Assembly (NCBI GenBank): GCA_965235115.1 | Contig: OZ249436.1 | Span: 32,180,001-32,244,000, forward strand | Source: Laetmonice hystrix | Lineage: Eukaryota | Direction of reading: 5' to 3' | DNA: 64,000 bases | Part shown: positions 26,037-39,010 of the stretch, one piece after another | Layout of the letters: every line of letters begins with the position of its first letter | Position numbering within the stretch: position 1 is the stretch's first letter | The notes under the pieces: generated by a model | Told to the model about the DNA's origin: nothing | The model's input: the letters and a program-made list of their open reading frames with translations, nothing else | The model's database searches: none | Translations under genes and position numbers: made by a program

Positions 26037-29000
26037 TCTACCCAAAAAGTTATCAGAGGAGAGAAATCAATCATTAACATAATACAATGATTTGAAGGGA
26101 GGCGGAAACTATCCTGTATGGTCCTTTTTGACAAGTTTGTGAGGATACACACTCAGCACAGGTCTGTATCAGTATTAGGCGGCCTATTTTGGTCACTGAT
26201 TGAAACTTGTCAGTCGAAGAGTTCTCCCTTACTCCTAGAGACGGTGAAGTGATCTTCGATTAATCAGAAGAACGGGCAGTACCAGCCTATCGATAACAGA
26301 ACCGGTGACATTGATGGTGTATTCCCAACGTAGAGTCCAATTAGTTTGCCTGATAACAGAATCGGGCGTGATGAAATTCATTCCTCCTTTTGCGGTAGTG
26401 TTTAAAGGTCATGAAAACAGCGCTTGTCAAACAGCAACGCCCTCTAATTGAGGATCCTCGGCTACTGGTAAGTGATACGTTTTGTTTTTGATGCTGTTTA
26501 CAATGTCGGAACTTTCGTTTCTTTTTTTCGTTTTATAACTCAAGAACCATAGAAGCTAATCAAATCAATTCTTAAAAGTATCCAAACAACCCCCCCCCCC
26601 CCCCCGGACGTCTTTAGGCGGTTTGACGTCAGATACAAAAACCAATCCGGCTAAAATACGCCGATTGTTCTCGTTAATCTGGTCAGTTCGATCCAAAAGA
26701 TACGTTCAATATTGCATTCATAATGTGGACATGCTGAGTATGAACCCAGTTTGTCACTATCATTACCCACAATAATTTTTTTTTACGAATAACGTGGAGT
26801 GGGTGTGAAATAAGAATTGTGGGGGTTCAAGAGGTGATAGCGCTGGATGTTGTGCGCTGTCTGAGAACGGCGATCTTCGAGTTGAGAAACAGATCATGAC
26901 TGGGGGTGTCAACTCCCAATTCGTATCTATCTTCCCTCATATAGTCATCTATAGATGTGTAGTAGGCCTATGTTGTATGATCCCAGTGGTGGTAATCATA
27001 TATTCGGAATACAATCGTGGCAAGTTTGATCTCAACGACCCGACCGTAGGGCCTATACTTCAGCGGTGCTGCCCGCTGCAGTCCACGGCAGGGCCGCGAA
27101 GCCTGGGGCGGAGGGAGAGCGCAAGTGTCGATGGGACAAGTTTTTGACAAGATGGCGGCAACACTTCATTAGCTATGCGTTGTGATCGATAGATCAAATG
27201 ATCGCTGTATACGCAGTGGATACGAATCGGATGGCTATAATTCTTTGTATGTGGACTTGCTGACATCCTTAGAACACATATAACTTTGAAAGTTGTATGA
27301 ATTCCACAAAAAAACGGCCCTCACGAAATGCCCCTTTAATAAATCATTATTCGGAAAGTGATAGCTGGGCCCCTTTTGTAACCTTATTACCAATCTGTTT
27401 ACATGCAAACCACCGCTTGAATAGCAAGGGCTAATCACTTTGGACAGATAATGACGGTAGGCTACAGGGTGTTACAACTCACAACCTCGGTTCAGAAAAT
27501 ATGTTCAAGATACTCTGAACTTTAGTAGAGCGAGGCCATTTCTTGGATTACTTGTCTTACTTGTCAGAATCCTAAAAGGGTGCTAGAAAGGCTACTGGAC
27601 GGAGACAGGTCAGTAAATAAACCCAGCACATTATAGTCGGAAATGTAGAACCGTCGGATGGGGTCAGGTCAGAGGCGGAGTCGGGTAGGAGGAGTGTATG
27701 GAAGTCTTTACATGTCTGCATGGTTTTAACAGGCCAGGCCATCATCAACAACTGGCGTGGTTGTCTAATGGGCGCACGTGTACAGCTGTCCCTTTGAGAC
27801 TGGACACGGACAGTGCGGTGAAGATGGCGTTGGGCCAGCCAGACATGCGTCGTTTCAATGTTCCTTCCCTTGAGGCCACAGCGGGGGCAGCCGATCCACA
27901 CGGCGCATGAAGGACAAATAGACCGGTTTCGATTAGGGATAGGTCTATAAAATAAACGACGAGGCTGTGGACCTGTCTGGCTGACAAAATCATTATAAGA
28001 CACACCACATGCGAAAGGCCACGTCAAGGTGAGATCGATGAAAGGTCTTACATCCACGGCTACGACAACATTGACTGCCTGGCGAGACAGCCCTTTTCGC
28101 CGTGCTCAACGAAGCAAGATACTGTGATAAGGTATCGATATGCAATCAATGGGATTCTGGTGAATCCGCTTTGCATTGTCAAGCGTTAGATTCTTCTCTG
28201 CCGGGGTATCTTGTCGGGTCTCCACCTCTCTATGCATTGGTACATGTTCTGCAGAGACCATCTAAAAAATTCTGGCGTGAGATTCCAAATGACAGAATAT
28301 CCTTTTTAGAAAAAGGTGCTTAAAATCCCAGGCCGGGATTCGGAGAGGGATGATCCCTCCTAGGTCTCTAGGTTTAATATACTTCAAGTATAGACGGTCT
28401 GTTGTGTGCATGATTCCCAAAGTAGAATGTTACGACTATTTACCCCAATTATTGCATAGGCCATGGATCCTTAACCTTATTTGGGTCAGGAACCCCTTGG
28501 AAGATCTGACAGTTCCGGGCCCCTTGCACGGCCGAATACCCATAAACACATGCACTCACGGACACAAGCCAATCTATCTGTTCAATGGGGTTCATCACAA
28601 AAGTTGTTACTGCAAGAAGACAGGTACATACCAGGACGCTGAACGAATTATCCATAATAATTCCACCGGCGTGGAACCAATCGTCTTAAGGAGCGTTCGC
28701 GACAGTGGCTTGACACGGCCACCGACGTAAACAAGTCTCTCCGTTCCCGGATCCAATCTCCAAACAAATTATTCCTAATCTAGTGTCACGGCGCTTCTCA
28801 AGACCTAACTCTATCTCACTGGAGACACGTTTGGAAACAAGCAGGTTGTTTTCTTCTAAAATGTTTTGCAATTGCTTTAAAGCATGTTGGCAGATTGCTC
28901 TGAAAATATGACTTTTCTCACATTTGCCTCTTATGAATTGCAGGGTCTCTCATTCGGGCAGTTTTGGCGTCCTTGGTCATACGGGGCGTACTTGACGCCC

Positions 29001-30700
29001 TTTGTCGTGGGCGACTGCTTAAGGGCATGGACTTGAAGTACTTTTGCCAATAGTTGGTACCACCAGACGAACTACACTGTTGTGTAATAGTTGTGTCCTT
29101 CCATCTACACCAATTCAAGGATAAAGTGGCCTATTGATCATGTTCCTGCTGTGAGAATGTGGAACGGCTTATAGCCTTGTGGGTGTGGCGGGGCTTGGGG
29201 TAAGACTTCCTGCAGAATGTTCATATATTAGCGCATAACCTCGAGTTTACGAAGCCTATGGCCACACGTGCACGAGTAAAACAAAACTTGCCGATTGCGT
29301 CTCGAGAAAACGTAGGCTGTACAATGGTCTGGGTCTATAAGAAAAGCATGTAAGCTTTGAAACTATTTTTAAAGTGTTATTATTTCATTTATTAACGGTT
29401 TCTCCGATGTCATCTAAAACCGAAGCTAGGATATCTGACCATGGAGGTGTCATGCTATGTCTATGCAGTGGTGCACGTCAATGAACTCTTGCCACTTACC
29501 AAAATGAATAGGATTGTTTTCTTCCAGTAACACGTCAGCATGATCATCACCGGACTGATAGACCTCGACTTGTAGATGGTCACCAGTTGCCGACAGGGCG
29601 CGAAAAGTTGACATTTCTAGCGCACGTTAAAATCACAATGTTCTAATTTGTATGACCAATCTACAAATTGAGTAAGACCTATTCCCATACGGTTCAGCAA
29701 CACAATTTCGGAACTTATGAAGTTGATTGTGCCGCAAGCTACACAGGAAGTCGCCACCATCGCTATCTCTAGTTCATGATGCCCCCCTTCCGTCTCGTAG
29801 TATAATATAAGCTGCGAACTAGAGCTCGGTAATTGAGGTTGCAGCACACAGGCTTCCTTCTGGCGAGCTCTCATCAAATCTGCTGGCGATGAAGATTGGG
29901 GTTTAGATTTATCGTCAAGTTCATTATTACCAGGCAGCTGCGTTCCCACTCAACTGTATACAGATAGCAATAAAGTGGCGGCAAGCCATCATCAGACAAG
30001 GGGACGGTAGCAAATAGAGGTCGTGGGCGTGTGACCGCCCGGCCTGGAACCTGGCTAGAACAATTCGTCCTACCTGAGTGCTCAGAGATGACCTTTTTCC
30101 ACAAGGTGGAGTGGATACTAAAGAGAGAAGAGTTGGGATAATCAGTGAAGATGACCAAGATCGACCCTATCTTAGAAATATGGATTCTGCTCACAGACAT
30201 AATCATTCATTCCGAGAGCGATTTGCAGCCCTCTCGTTTCGTAACCGCCTATCTTTGTATTCAGTGTATAGAAGGAAAAAAAACACCACAGTAACCACAT
30301 TTATATTCGAATAAAGGGCGCCAGGCTGAATTTGCCTTTGTGGGGAAGAAGAGTAATTATCACTTTACTCCGACAGCATCGGTCTTGGTTTTGACTGAAT
30401 GCCACAGGAAACTGAATTTAATGAATAAATGCATGGGCGCCTCACCCTTAGACTATCAACGACCCATTAGGAAGGGGGGGGGGGGCGCAATTTAAAGATA
30501 ATTCGGTCATTGAATTCATGTCATCGTGATAACAGAAGAGTATTGATGACGGACAAGTAAGCTTACGTCCTCATATTAACTTACAATCGTGATAAATTCC
30601 GTAAGACGAAGACTGCGTGGGTGACGACACAAGGAGACAGGGACCCGTGCTGATGGCGCCGAGAAGGGTCGTTTCGCCAGTCAGAGCCGCCATGATGATA

Positions 30701-31977
30701 TTTTTTTTTTATTTTTTTTTATTACAAATTCTCAGAAAACTATACAAATAGGTAGGTCTGGATTTACATTGAGCTATGACATCAAGAAGCCAACCATAGT
30801 GGCTTATTGTGATGTCAAATGTACTTTAACAAATAAGTGTAATCAAAACTTGTATCTAGGCAGGAAGAATCCAATTATACACTTTAACGAGGTAATATAT
30901 AAACATGTGTAATAAGAGAATATAATAGTCTCGAAAATATGACGAAAAAGGTTTAATTAATTTATTTCTGATAAAATTAAGTTCTTAACTGTTCCCTTAA
31001 AAGTTCCTATACTGCAGTGGTTTTCATAAAGAAATTTATACTTATAATTATTGAATAATTATTGTATTTTCTAAGTAGTTAGTTCTGTGGCGAGGTATAT
31101 GATATAAATACGTCTGTCGAGTATTTCTACAGGATACATCAAGATAGTTTGAAAAGATAGTAACAAAAGCCTCTGGTAATCGAGCATTCCTAACTTTGAA
31201 CATGAATAACAGCACATTGTAAGTATATAAGCATTTAACTGGAAGTATGTTCAAGTTGATGAAAAGGGGTTGGGTGTGTTCCCGCCAGGCGCTATGAGTA
31301 AGTATTCTTATCGTCTTTTTTTGTAATTTAACTAGCGGGTCTATAATACCTGTAGGCGCCGTTCCCCAAACCAGATTACCATTAAGTAAATAAGGATATA
31401 TAAGGCTATAGTACAGATTTATCTGTGTTTAAGACCTTAACTAATTTTCTTAAGACTGCAATATTTTTACTAATTTTTAATGAAATATGATTTATATGGG
31501 CTTTCCAAGATAATTTCTCATCTATAATAAAACCAAGATATTTTATTTGAGCAACACGCTCAAGTTCAGTATTATTAAGATATAATTTATCATTACATGC
31601 TGGAATTGTGCCTTTTCTAGAAAATAACATGTATTTTGATTTTTTAATATTTACTGATAGCCGATTTGAGTTAAGCCATTTAACTACTTTATCCAGTTCT
31701 TTGTTAGCTGTAACAATGAGATCTGTGGGCGAGTTCCCTTGTAAGAGTAAATTACTGTCATCTGCAAATAAATTCAGAGTGGATATTGAAGAGACACTGG
31801 CAAGATCGTTAATATAGATAAGAAAGAGCAGAGGTCCTAGTATGGATCCTTGTGGAACACCAGTAGTTATAAGTCTATTTTCCGAGGTAGTATTATTGAA
31901 TCTGACATGTTGTTGTCTGGTTGATAAGTAACTTTCAAACCACTTAAGCGCCACCCCTCTAACCCCATAATGTCTCA
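30701..31977 (-). mobile_element. 5'-truncated, frameshifted CR1-group non-LTR retrotransposon (second family)
   Basis: minus strand HYGVRGVALKWFESYL, GVPQGSILGPLLFLIYINDL, LFADD, KYLGFIID; A-rich tail (T-run 30701-30720); 3' stem-loop tgacatcaagaagcca...tggcttattgtgatgtca (30777-30817). Confidence 0.92.
30955..31977 (-). pseudogene. RT pseudogene of the above LINE
   Basis: frame breaks near 31415 (NTD|INLYYSLIYPYL continues in another frame) and near 31050. Confidence 0.85.
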
Positions 31978-33947
31978 TCTGTGGGAGAGCCGCCATGATG
32001 ATATCTGTGGGGTGACGCCACGATGATATCTGTGGGAGAGCCGCCATGATGATATCTGTGGAGGAGCCGCCAGGATGATATCTGTGGGGGAGCCGCCACG
32101 ATGATATCTGTGGAGGAGCCGCCATGATGATATCTGTGGAGGAGCCGCCAGGATGATATCTGTGGGAGAGCCGCCATGATGATATCTGTGGGAGAGCCGC
32201 CATGATGATATCTGTGGGAGAGCCGCCATTATGATATCTGTGGGGGAGCCGCCATGATGATATCTGTGGGGTGACACCAGGATGATATCTGTGGGGGAGC
32301 CGCCATGATGATATCTGTGGGGGAGCCGCCAGGATGATATCTGTGGAGGAGCCGCCATGATGATATCTGTGGGGGAGCCGCCATGATGATATCTGTGGGG
32401 GAGCCGCCATGATGATATCTGTGGAGGAGCCGCCATGATGATATCTGTGGGGGAGCCGCCAGGATGATATCTGTGGAGGAGCCGCCATGATGATACCTGT
32501 GGGGGAGCCGCCATGATGATATCTGTGGGGGAGCCGCCAGGATGATATCTGTGGGGGAGCCGCCATGATGATATCTGTTTGGGAGCCGCCATGATGCTGT
32601 GGGGGCGCCATGATGATATCTGGGGGGGGGCGCCATGATGATATCTGTGGGGGGGGGCGCCATGATGATATCTGTGGGGAGCCGCCAGGATGATATCTGT
32701 GGGAGAGCCGCCATGATGATATCTGTGGAGGAGCCACCATGATGATATCTGTGGGGGAGCCGCCAGGATGATATCTGTGGGGAGCCGCCATGATGATATC
32801 TGTGGTGGGGGGGGAGCCGCCATGATGATATCTGTGGGGGAGCCGTCATGATGATATCTGGGGGGGGGGGGGCGCCATGATGATATCTGTGGGGGAGCCG
32901 CCAGGATGATATCTGTGGGGAGCTGTCATGATGATATCTGTTTGGGAGCCGCCATGATGATATCTGTGGGGGAGCCGCCATGATGATATCTGTGGGGGAG
33001 CCGCCATGATGATATCTTGGGGGGGGGGAGCCGCCATGATGATATTTGTGGGGGAGCCGCCATGATAATATCTGTGGGGTGACGCCAGGATGATATCTGT
33101 GGGGTGACGCCAGGATGATATCTGTGGGGGAGCCGCCATGATGATATCTGTGGGGGGGGGGGGCCGCCATGATGATATCTGTGGAGGAGCCGTCATGATG
33201 ATATCTGTGGGGTGACGCCAGGATGATATCTGTGGGGTGACGCCAGGATGATATCTGTGGGGGAGCCGCCAGGATGATATCTGTGGGGGAGCCGCCATGA
33301 TAATATCTGGGGGGGGGCCGCCATGATGATATCTGTGGAGGAGCCGTCATGATGATATCTGTGGGGTGACGCCAGGATGATATCTGTGGGGTGACGCCAG
33401 GATGATATCTGGGGGGGGGGGAGCCGCCAGGATGATATCTGTGGGGAGCTGTCATGATGATATATGGGGGGGGGGGCGCCAGGATTGAGGGAGCCGCCAT
33501 GATGATATCTGTGGGGAGCCGCCATGATGATATCTGTGGAGGAGCCGTCATGATGATATCTGTGGGGGAGCCGCCAGGATTGAGGGAGCCGCCATGATGA
33601 TGTCTGTGGGGGAGCCGCCAGGATGATATCTGTGGGGAGCCGTCATGATGATATATGGGGGGGGGGGCGCCAGGATTGAGGGAGCCGCCATGATGATATC
33701 TGGGGGGGGCCGCCAGGATGATATCTGTGAGGGAGCCGCCATGATGATATCTGGGGGGGGGGGAGCCGCCATGATGATGTCTGTGGGGGAGCCGCCATGG
33801 TGATATCTGTGGGGGAGCCGCCATGATGATATCTGGGGGGGGGGGGGGGCGCCAGGATTGAGGGAGCCGCCATGATGATATCTGGGGGGGGGGGCCGCCA
33901 TGATGATATCTGTGGGGTGACGCCAGGATGATATCTGTGGGGAGCCG
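31978..33947. repeat. ~26-27-bp G-rich minisatellite, ~70-75 copies
   Basis: unit gagccgcca(t/g)gatgatatctgtgggg with variable G-run; one partial unit lies on the far side of the LINE at 30684-30701. Confidence 0.97.
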
Positions 33948-35496
33948 ACAGATGTAGTTGAGAGTGGTGAATACTCGGCGGAGTACAGCTGGCCCGGTTG
34001 ATTAATGACCACCCATGGTGTATAGACGTAATATGGTCGGACGTCAAACACCTGACAACTACAGTAGGGACTCTCAACTGTCAACAGCCGTCTAACAGTG
34101 GCCCAGCAATATGGCGAACACGATAAGAGACCCTACTTATCGATCATACTGTGGGCACCAAGTAACACGCGTCTGCTGTATCTGTGAAATGGCTGCTCTT
34201 TGACGCAAGTAGTAAAAGCAATACAAGAAATTGGATTAGAAATCTATATTGGACCTTGCATGAGGGTGGGCATTCGTTGCGTGGAAAACAGACAAAAAAT
34301 TACTTAAATGAATAAAAATATCGCCATCCCCCCCTTAATGATAAAGGTGAAAGGATCTGCCTTGTAAAACGGATTACCGTTAGTAGCCACGTAATTGTTT
34401 CATATTGTGCTAAATTACCGTTACACTCTCGGCTGAATTTATTCAGTCAATTGTCAAACTGAGACGTCTTGATAGCAAAACATATCATAGCTGTCCCGAT
34501 TTCAGCAAAACACAGGCCTTTGTCATGTTCGACCGACGACTTGCATTGGCCAGCCAGGAATCTTGTAGATAATATTGAAACCGCTTAATATGCTGATTTA
34601 TAAAGGGGACAAGTTGAGGGACGGGTGGAATCACACTACCATGAAAGAGACATCTCCCGCATCATCATCATTATCATCGCCATCATCGTCATCATCATCA
34701 TCACCAAACAGAACAAAAATTAAGGAATTGTTCCTATCCTGAAGATGGTCAAGACTTTGAAGGACATACAACCACCCATACACCACCGCTACAGTCTTAT
34801 TTACATTTAGTCGTTATTAATATAACTTATATGGCGTCTCCAAAACCGCAAACGGCATTTGAACTTGCTGATTTACGCAGCCTAGTTATCAATGTACTCA
34901 TGTCTCCGCAGCTCTTTAGCTCGTTTGCTGAAAAAACGGTCAGCGAGGAGTTGTGACAAAAATACACGTTCACTTTTCTGTGTGGCAGCTTGTCCCAGCC
35001 GTATGTAGCCTATACGCCAAGACACAATACGAAATGGACCAAAAATGGTTTACGGGATGTTGGAGGGCGCAAATGCGGGTAGTTGTCAGTGATGTAGCAA
35101 CCGGCGGATACACGATAAATACTATTTGGGCTATCGGCTGCAAAAACTATCATTAGATGACTGCCAGGAGATAAACAGCAATAAATACCATAAACATTTG
35201 AGATAAACCCACATAAAAGGAGCATAAATGGATTGTATCACAGTTAGATTATTAACATGTGTATTTTTTTGAAGGATCCAATTGCTGCCTCAGTTCGAAC
35301 CCCAGAGCGGACAATAATAAGACTAATGGTAATATCAAGGGGAGGGGGGGGGGGGGTGACATTTAATTTCTCCCTTTATTCCAAGTTGTTTTCTGAAGTT
35401 ACCGTTTTGCTTACATTTATACGGTGGCTGGGAATTGACATACAAAACAATACACATTTCCTGCTGACTTAGTCAAAGATCAAATAGATCATTCAC

Positions 35497-35740
35497 AGTG
35501 GCATCCATGATCCCAGCTTCACTATTGAAGGTGAAAAGTCGGGGAAACGGAAGTGAATAACCAGGAAAACGGAATTGAAAAGTCGGAAAAACGAAAGTCA
35601 AAAGTCGAAAAAACAGAGAAAAAATTTACCTGAAAAACATCAGGAAAATAAAAAAGTCGAGAAAATGAAAAAAAGAGCAGTTTTTGAACAAAAGTCAGAA
35701 AAACGGAAGTGAAAAGTCAGGAAAACGGAAGTGAAAACCA
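35497..35740 (+). mobile_element. DNA transposon end fragment with subterminal repeats
   Basis: starts cagtggc; repeated gaaaagtcgg(g/a)aaaacggaagt motifs; no partner TIR found. Confidence 0.35.
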
Positions 35741-36687
35741 CCCAACACGGTGGTCTGATCGCACATCAGAATATTTTTTTGTTGGTGACACAGAGTCATA
35801 TACATAGCACCATTGCGTGCTAGTTATGGCTATAGTTAACGTTTCTTTTAGATGCCATGTCGGAAAGAAATTTTTCTTTTACTGTTAAAGCTGTTAAAGG
35901 TTCTGTTAATGGTATCTATGGTAAAAAAAACTTTAGTTCCCCTAGAGCTTTAGTACTTTAGTTTCGGTAATATTGTTGTGTTTTTTTTCCAGCGTGTTAA
36001 CAAAACGGCCATAGCGCCTACATTGTACAATATCCTATCGCTGGATACGATAAAAAATCCAGCAGATATCTCTTATAGCGATGGATGAAGGAATGTGTCT
36101 TCCTATACGGCAACAAACTTCAGGTACAGGATACCAGGCCTCAGGCAAAGGTATGGTCGGCGCTCGGTTGACCTGTGGCTGGCTCAGTAGTAGTATGGAA
36201 GGCCAATTGTAGCCTCCGACCATGCCCTAGGAACGACGGATTAGGCCGTTACTTATCTCTGTTGTAACATTGTATGCACATTGCCTCTTCCTGTATGTCT
36301 GGTAAATGCCCAAAGAAAAAAGCGTTTCAACGAAATGCTCCTTTTAATGTTGAAAGCACGTTAGCTTTTACGTTCTAATTTGTCAATAACAAGCCAGAGC
36401 CGGTCTGTAATGAGGCCAGATTTGAGTTCTGATGCCGTTCTGTTTGCCTTACAACTGCCAGTAAATGAACTTGCAGAGTTCCCATAGGAACGGGCAGACA
36501 CCTGCAGAGCATTGGAGAGGGCTGGATGCCCTTTCTATGAACTCTATAAATAACCATGGGGATTACAGTCGCATTTGTCTCAGGATCGCCCCCGCGGATT
36601 AACATATTTGAAGCAAAGAAGATAACAGGCGGTGGCCCACATTGTTGGACGAGAGCGATTCGGAGGAATGATAACGGACGGGAAACT

Positions 36688-38329
36688 GTATGGCAAGAGT
36701 ATAGTGACAGTCGGCCCAACACGAGGTCTGTGTGTATAGGGGGGGGGGTCTGGCTAAGGTATGGTAGGAGTATAGTCGACCTAGCACGGGGTCTGTGTGT
36801 ATAGGGGGAGGGGGTCTGGCTAAGGTATGGTAGGAGTATAGTCGGCCTAGCACGCGGTCTGTGTGTGTAGGGGGGTTGGGGGTCTGGCTAAGGTATGGTA
36901 GGAGTATAGTCGACCCAACGCGTGGTCTGTGTGTATAGGGGAGTTGGGGGTTGGGGGTCTGGCTAAGGTATGGTAGGAGTATAGTCGACCTAGCACGCGG
37001 TCTGTGTGTATAGGGAGGAGGTTCTGGCTAAGCTATGGTAGGAGTATAGTCGGCCCAGCACGCGGTCTGTGTGTATAGAGAGGAGGTTCTGGCTAAGGTA
37101 TGGTAGGAGTATAGTCGGCCCAGCACGCGGTCTGTGTGTGTAGGGGGTTGGGGGTCTGGCTATAAGGTATGGTTGGAGTATAGTCAGCCTAGCACGCGGT
37201 CTGTGTGTAGGGGGGTTGGGGGTCTGGCTATAAGGTATGGTAGGAGTATAGTCGGCCCAGCACGCGGTCTGTGTGTATAGAGAGGAGGTTCTGGCTAAGG
37301 TATGGTAGGAGTATAGTCGGCCCAGCACGCGGTCTGTGTGTATAGAGAGGAGGTTCTAGCTAAGGTATTGTAGGAGTATAGTCGGCCCAGCACGCGGTCT
37401 GTGTGTATAGGGGGGTTGGGGGTCTGGCTAAGGTATGGTAGGAGTATAGTCGGCCCAGCACGCGGTCTGTGTGTATAGGGGGGTTGGGGGTCTGGCTAAG
37501 GTATGGTAGGAGTATAGTCGGTCCAGCACGCGGTCTGTGTGTATAGGGGGGTTGGGGGTCTGGCTAAGGTATGGTAGGAGTATAGTCGGTCCAGCACGCG
37601 GTCTGTGTGTATAGGGGGGTTGGGGGGTCTGGCTAAGGTATGGTAGGAGTATAGTCGGCCCAGCACGCGGTCTGTGTGTATAGGGGGGTTGGGGGTCTGG
37701 CTAAGGTATGGTAGGAGTATAGTCGGCCCAGCACGCGGTCTGTGTGTATAGGGGGGTTGGGGGTCTGGCTAAGGTATGGTAGGAGTATAGTCGGCCCAGC
37801 ACGCGGTCTGTGTGTATAGGGGGGTTGGGGGTCTGGCTAAGGTATCGTAAGAGTATAGTCGGCCCAGCACGCGGTCTGTGTGTATAGGGGGGTTAGGGGT
37901 CTGGCTAAGGTATGGTAGGAGTATAGTCGGTCCAGCACGCGGTCTGTGTGTATAGGGAGGAGGTTCTGGCTAAGGTATGGTAGGAGTATAGTCGGCCCAG
38001 CACGCGGTCTGTGTGTGTAGGGGGGTTGGGGGTCTGGCTAAGGTATGGTAGGAGTATAGTCGGCTCAGCACGCGGTCTGTGTGTATAGGGGGGTTGGGGG
38101 TCTGGCTAAGGTATGGTAGGAGTATAGTCGGCCCAGCACGCGGTCTGTGTGTATAGGGGGGTTGGGGGTCTGGCTAAGGTATGGTAGGAGTATAGTCGGC
38201 CTAGCACGCGGTCTGTGTGTATAGGGGGGTTGGGGGTCTGGCTAAGGTATGGTAGGAGTATAGTCGGTCCAGCACGCGGTCTGTGTGTATAGGGAGGAGG
38301 TTCTGGCTAAGGTATGGTATAGGAGTATA
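36688..38329. repeat. 63/68-bp minisatellite, ~24 copies
   Basis: ggctaaggtatggtaggagtatagtcggcccagcacgcggtctgtgtgtata + (ggggggttgggggtct | gggaggaggttct). Confidence 0.97.
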
Positions 38330-39010
38330 TATAGTCTTAGAATACGATAATCACGACTTACAACTTTTTGATAATCATGAATTACAATTTGTTGATAATC
38401 ATGAATTGCAACTTGTTGGGGCTTCTAAAGAATGGATGGTAATGCACCGTATGACCTTTGACTATTATGAGTATACAATAAAGTTAAGGCCCATGTTCAC
38501 ATAGGTCATTGTCCTTACATCGGCCATACGATTTTTGATTTAATGGTGGAATTTCACTCCGTAATTTTTGCTGACTGGCCTTCCCTGTTTCTGGAAATGT
38601 CTTCAATTCTTTAATCTCAGTAAAATAAAAGGGGGCTTGGGCGTCACAAGGACATGGGCCTTTAGAATGCATGTTTCTTTCTGATGAAGTGTTGCATACA
38701 TCTGCAGGCCTAAATACTGTTTGACATTCTTGCAATTTTTTTTCTGTCGCCTTATCCACAGATTGCAGTCTGGTATCGACTATATCCGGAGGAGTGCCTA
38801 TCACGTTGTAAAAGGCATCGCCTGCGCAGGAAGATACAAACTTGGAGATCTCAACATGAGAAACTTATTTCTGACGAGTATGGGGGTCGGGGAAATGTGT
38901 CAAGTCGATTTTCGTTTGATGCTCGTGATATCGGAAGAGCAGCGTTCAGAGTCGGGGGGGGGGGGGGGGGCAGTCACACAGGCATGGTCACATCCAGTAG
39001 GTAATAATAA

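Noticed and set aside
25590..26077. 15-aa repeat protein ORFs on both strands
   Set aside because: By-product of a 45-bp unit lacking stops; no splice or domain support
31406..33824. Long ORFs (461, 531, 282 aa), including an apparent repeat-RT fusion protein
   Set aside because: The N-terminal part is the translated minisatellite, open by chance; the RT lacks its N-terminal motifs and is frameshifted downstream
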